From Anthoceros angustus (Eukaryota > Plantae > Anthocerotophyta): a stretch of 64,000 nucleotides of DNA. The translations under genes were made by a program, and so were the position numbers. Shown in pieces: positions 63,694-64,000 of this stretch (positions are counted from its first letter, which is position 1; each line of letters begins with the position of its first letter). The stretch is from the NCBI GenBank assembly GCA_010909165.1, contig MU008154.1:919478-983477 (forward strand). The letters are read 5' to 3'. Under the pieces are notes generated by a model that saw only the letters and a program-made list of their open reading frames with translations, made no database searches and was not told the origin of the DNA.

Positions 63694-64000
63694 GTTTCCA
63701 GTGAATATATATATTGTAATATTTCTACACAAGAAATCCAATAATATGAGTCTAACCTATTCATATATTAATATAAATATGTATTAGTATCAGTGCATAA
63801 TGACCAGTTAGATTGCACCATAAGCTAATGTACAAGATAAATGATTAGTTATGATTGGGTACTCAGCTTAAGATGTAATTTGAAACCATAGACGAAGTTA
63901 CATAGCAAAAACATCTAACTTCAAATTCATATATTTCTAATGATACTTACCAAGAGAAGCAGATTCTAATGTGAAGCCAGGCATATGAAAAAATAGAACC

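Noticed and set aside
1-64000. rRNA, tRNA, or prokaryotic/phage features
   Set aside because: No conserved rRNA or tRNA motifs and no operon structure. The large tandem unit is not rDNA.

Overview
Eukaryotic (land-plant-like) nuclear DNA with a noisy long-read-consensus error profile, in two parts. (1) 1-57229 is a head-to-tail tandem array of a composite ~7.1-8.3 kb unit: one partial and five complete units, with boundaries at 8585, 16899, 31122, 43050 and 50158. Each unit holds a truncated Mutator-like (MULE) transposase fragment, 2-3 diverged copies of an unidentified 'A' module, a 51-bp repeat tract, an LTR-like end with a 29-bp minisatellite, and a ~1.9 kb GC-richer gene-like segment 'B'. 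Many 0.45-2.4 kb direct duplications joined at 3-11 nt microhomologies are superimposed on the array. (2) 57230-64000 is a very AT-rich flank. It carries intronless secreted single-domain Gnk2/DUF26-like genes (one duplicated on +, a paralogue on -, plus a partial copy) and a GC-rich, intact, intronless PGRL1 (PGR5-like 1) ORF. Most short six-frame ORFs are repeat-derived and unsupported. I cannot tell from sequence alone how much of the repetition is biological and how much is an assembly artefact. Homology calls are from remembered family motifs, not from searches.
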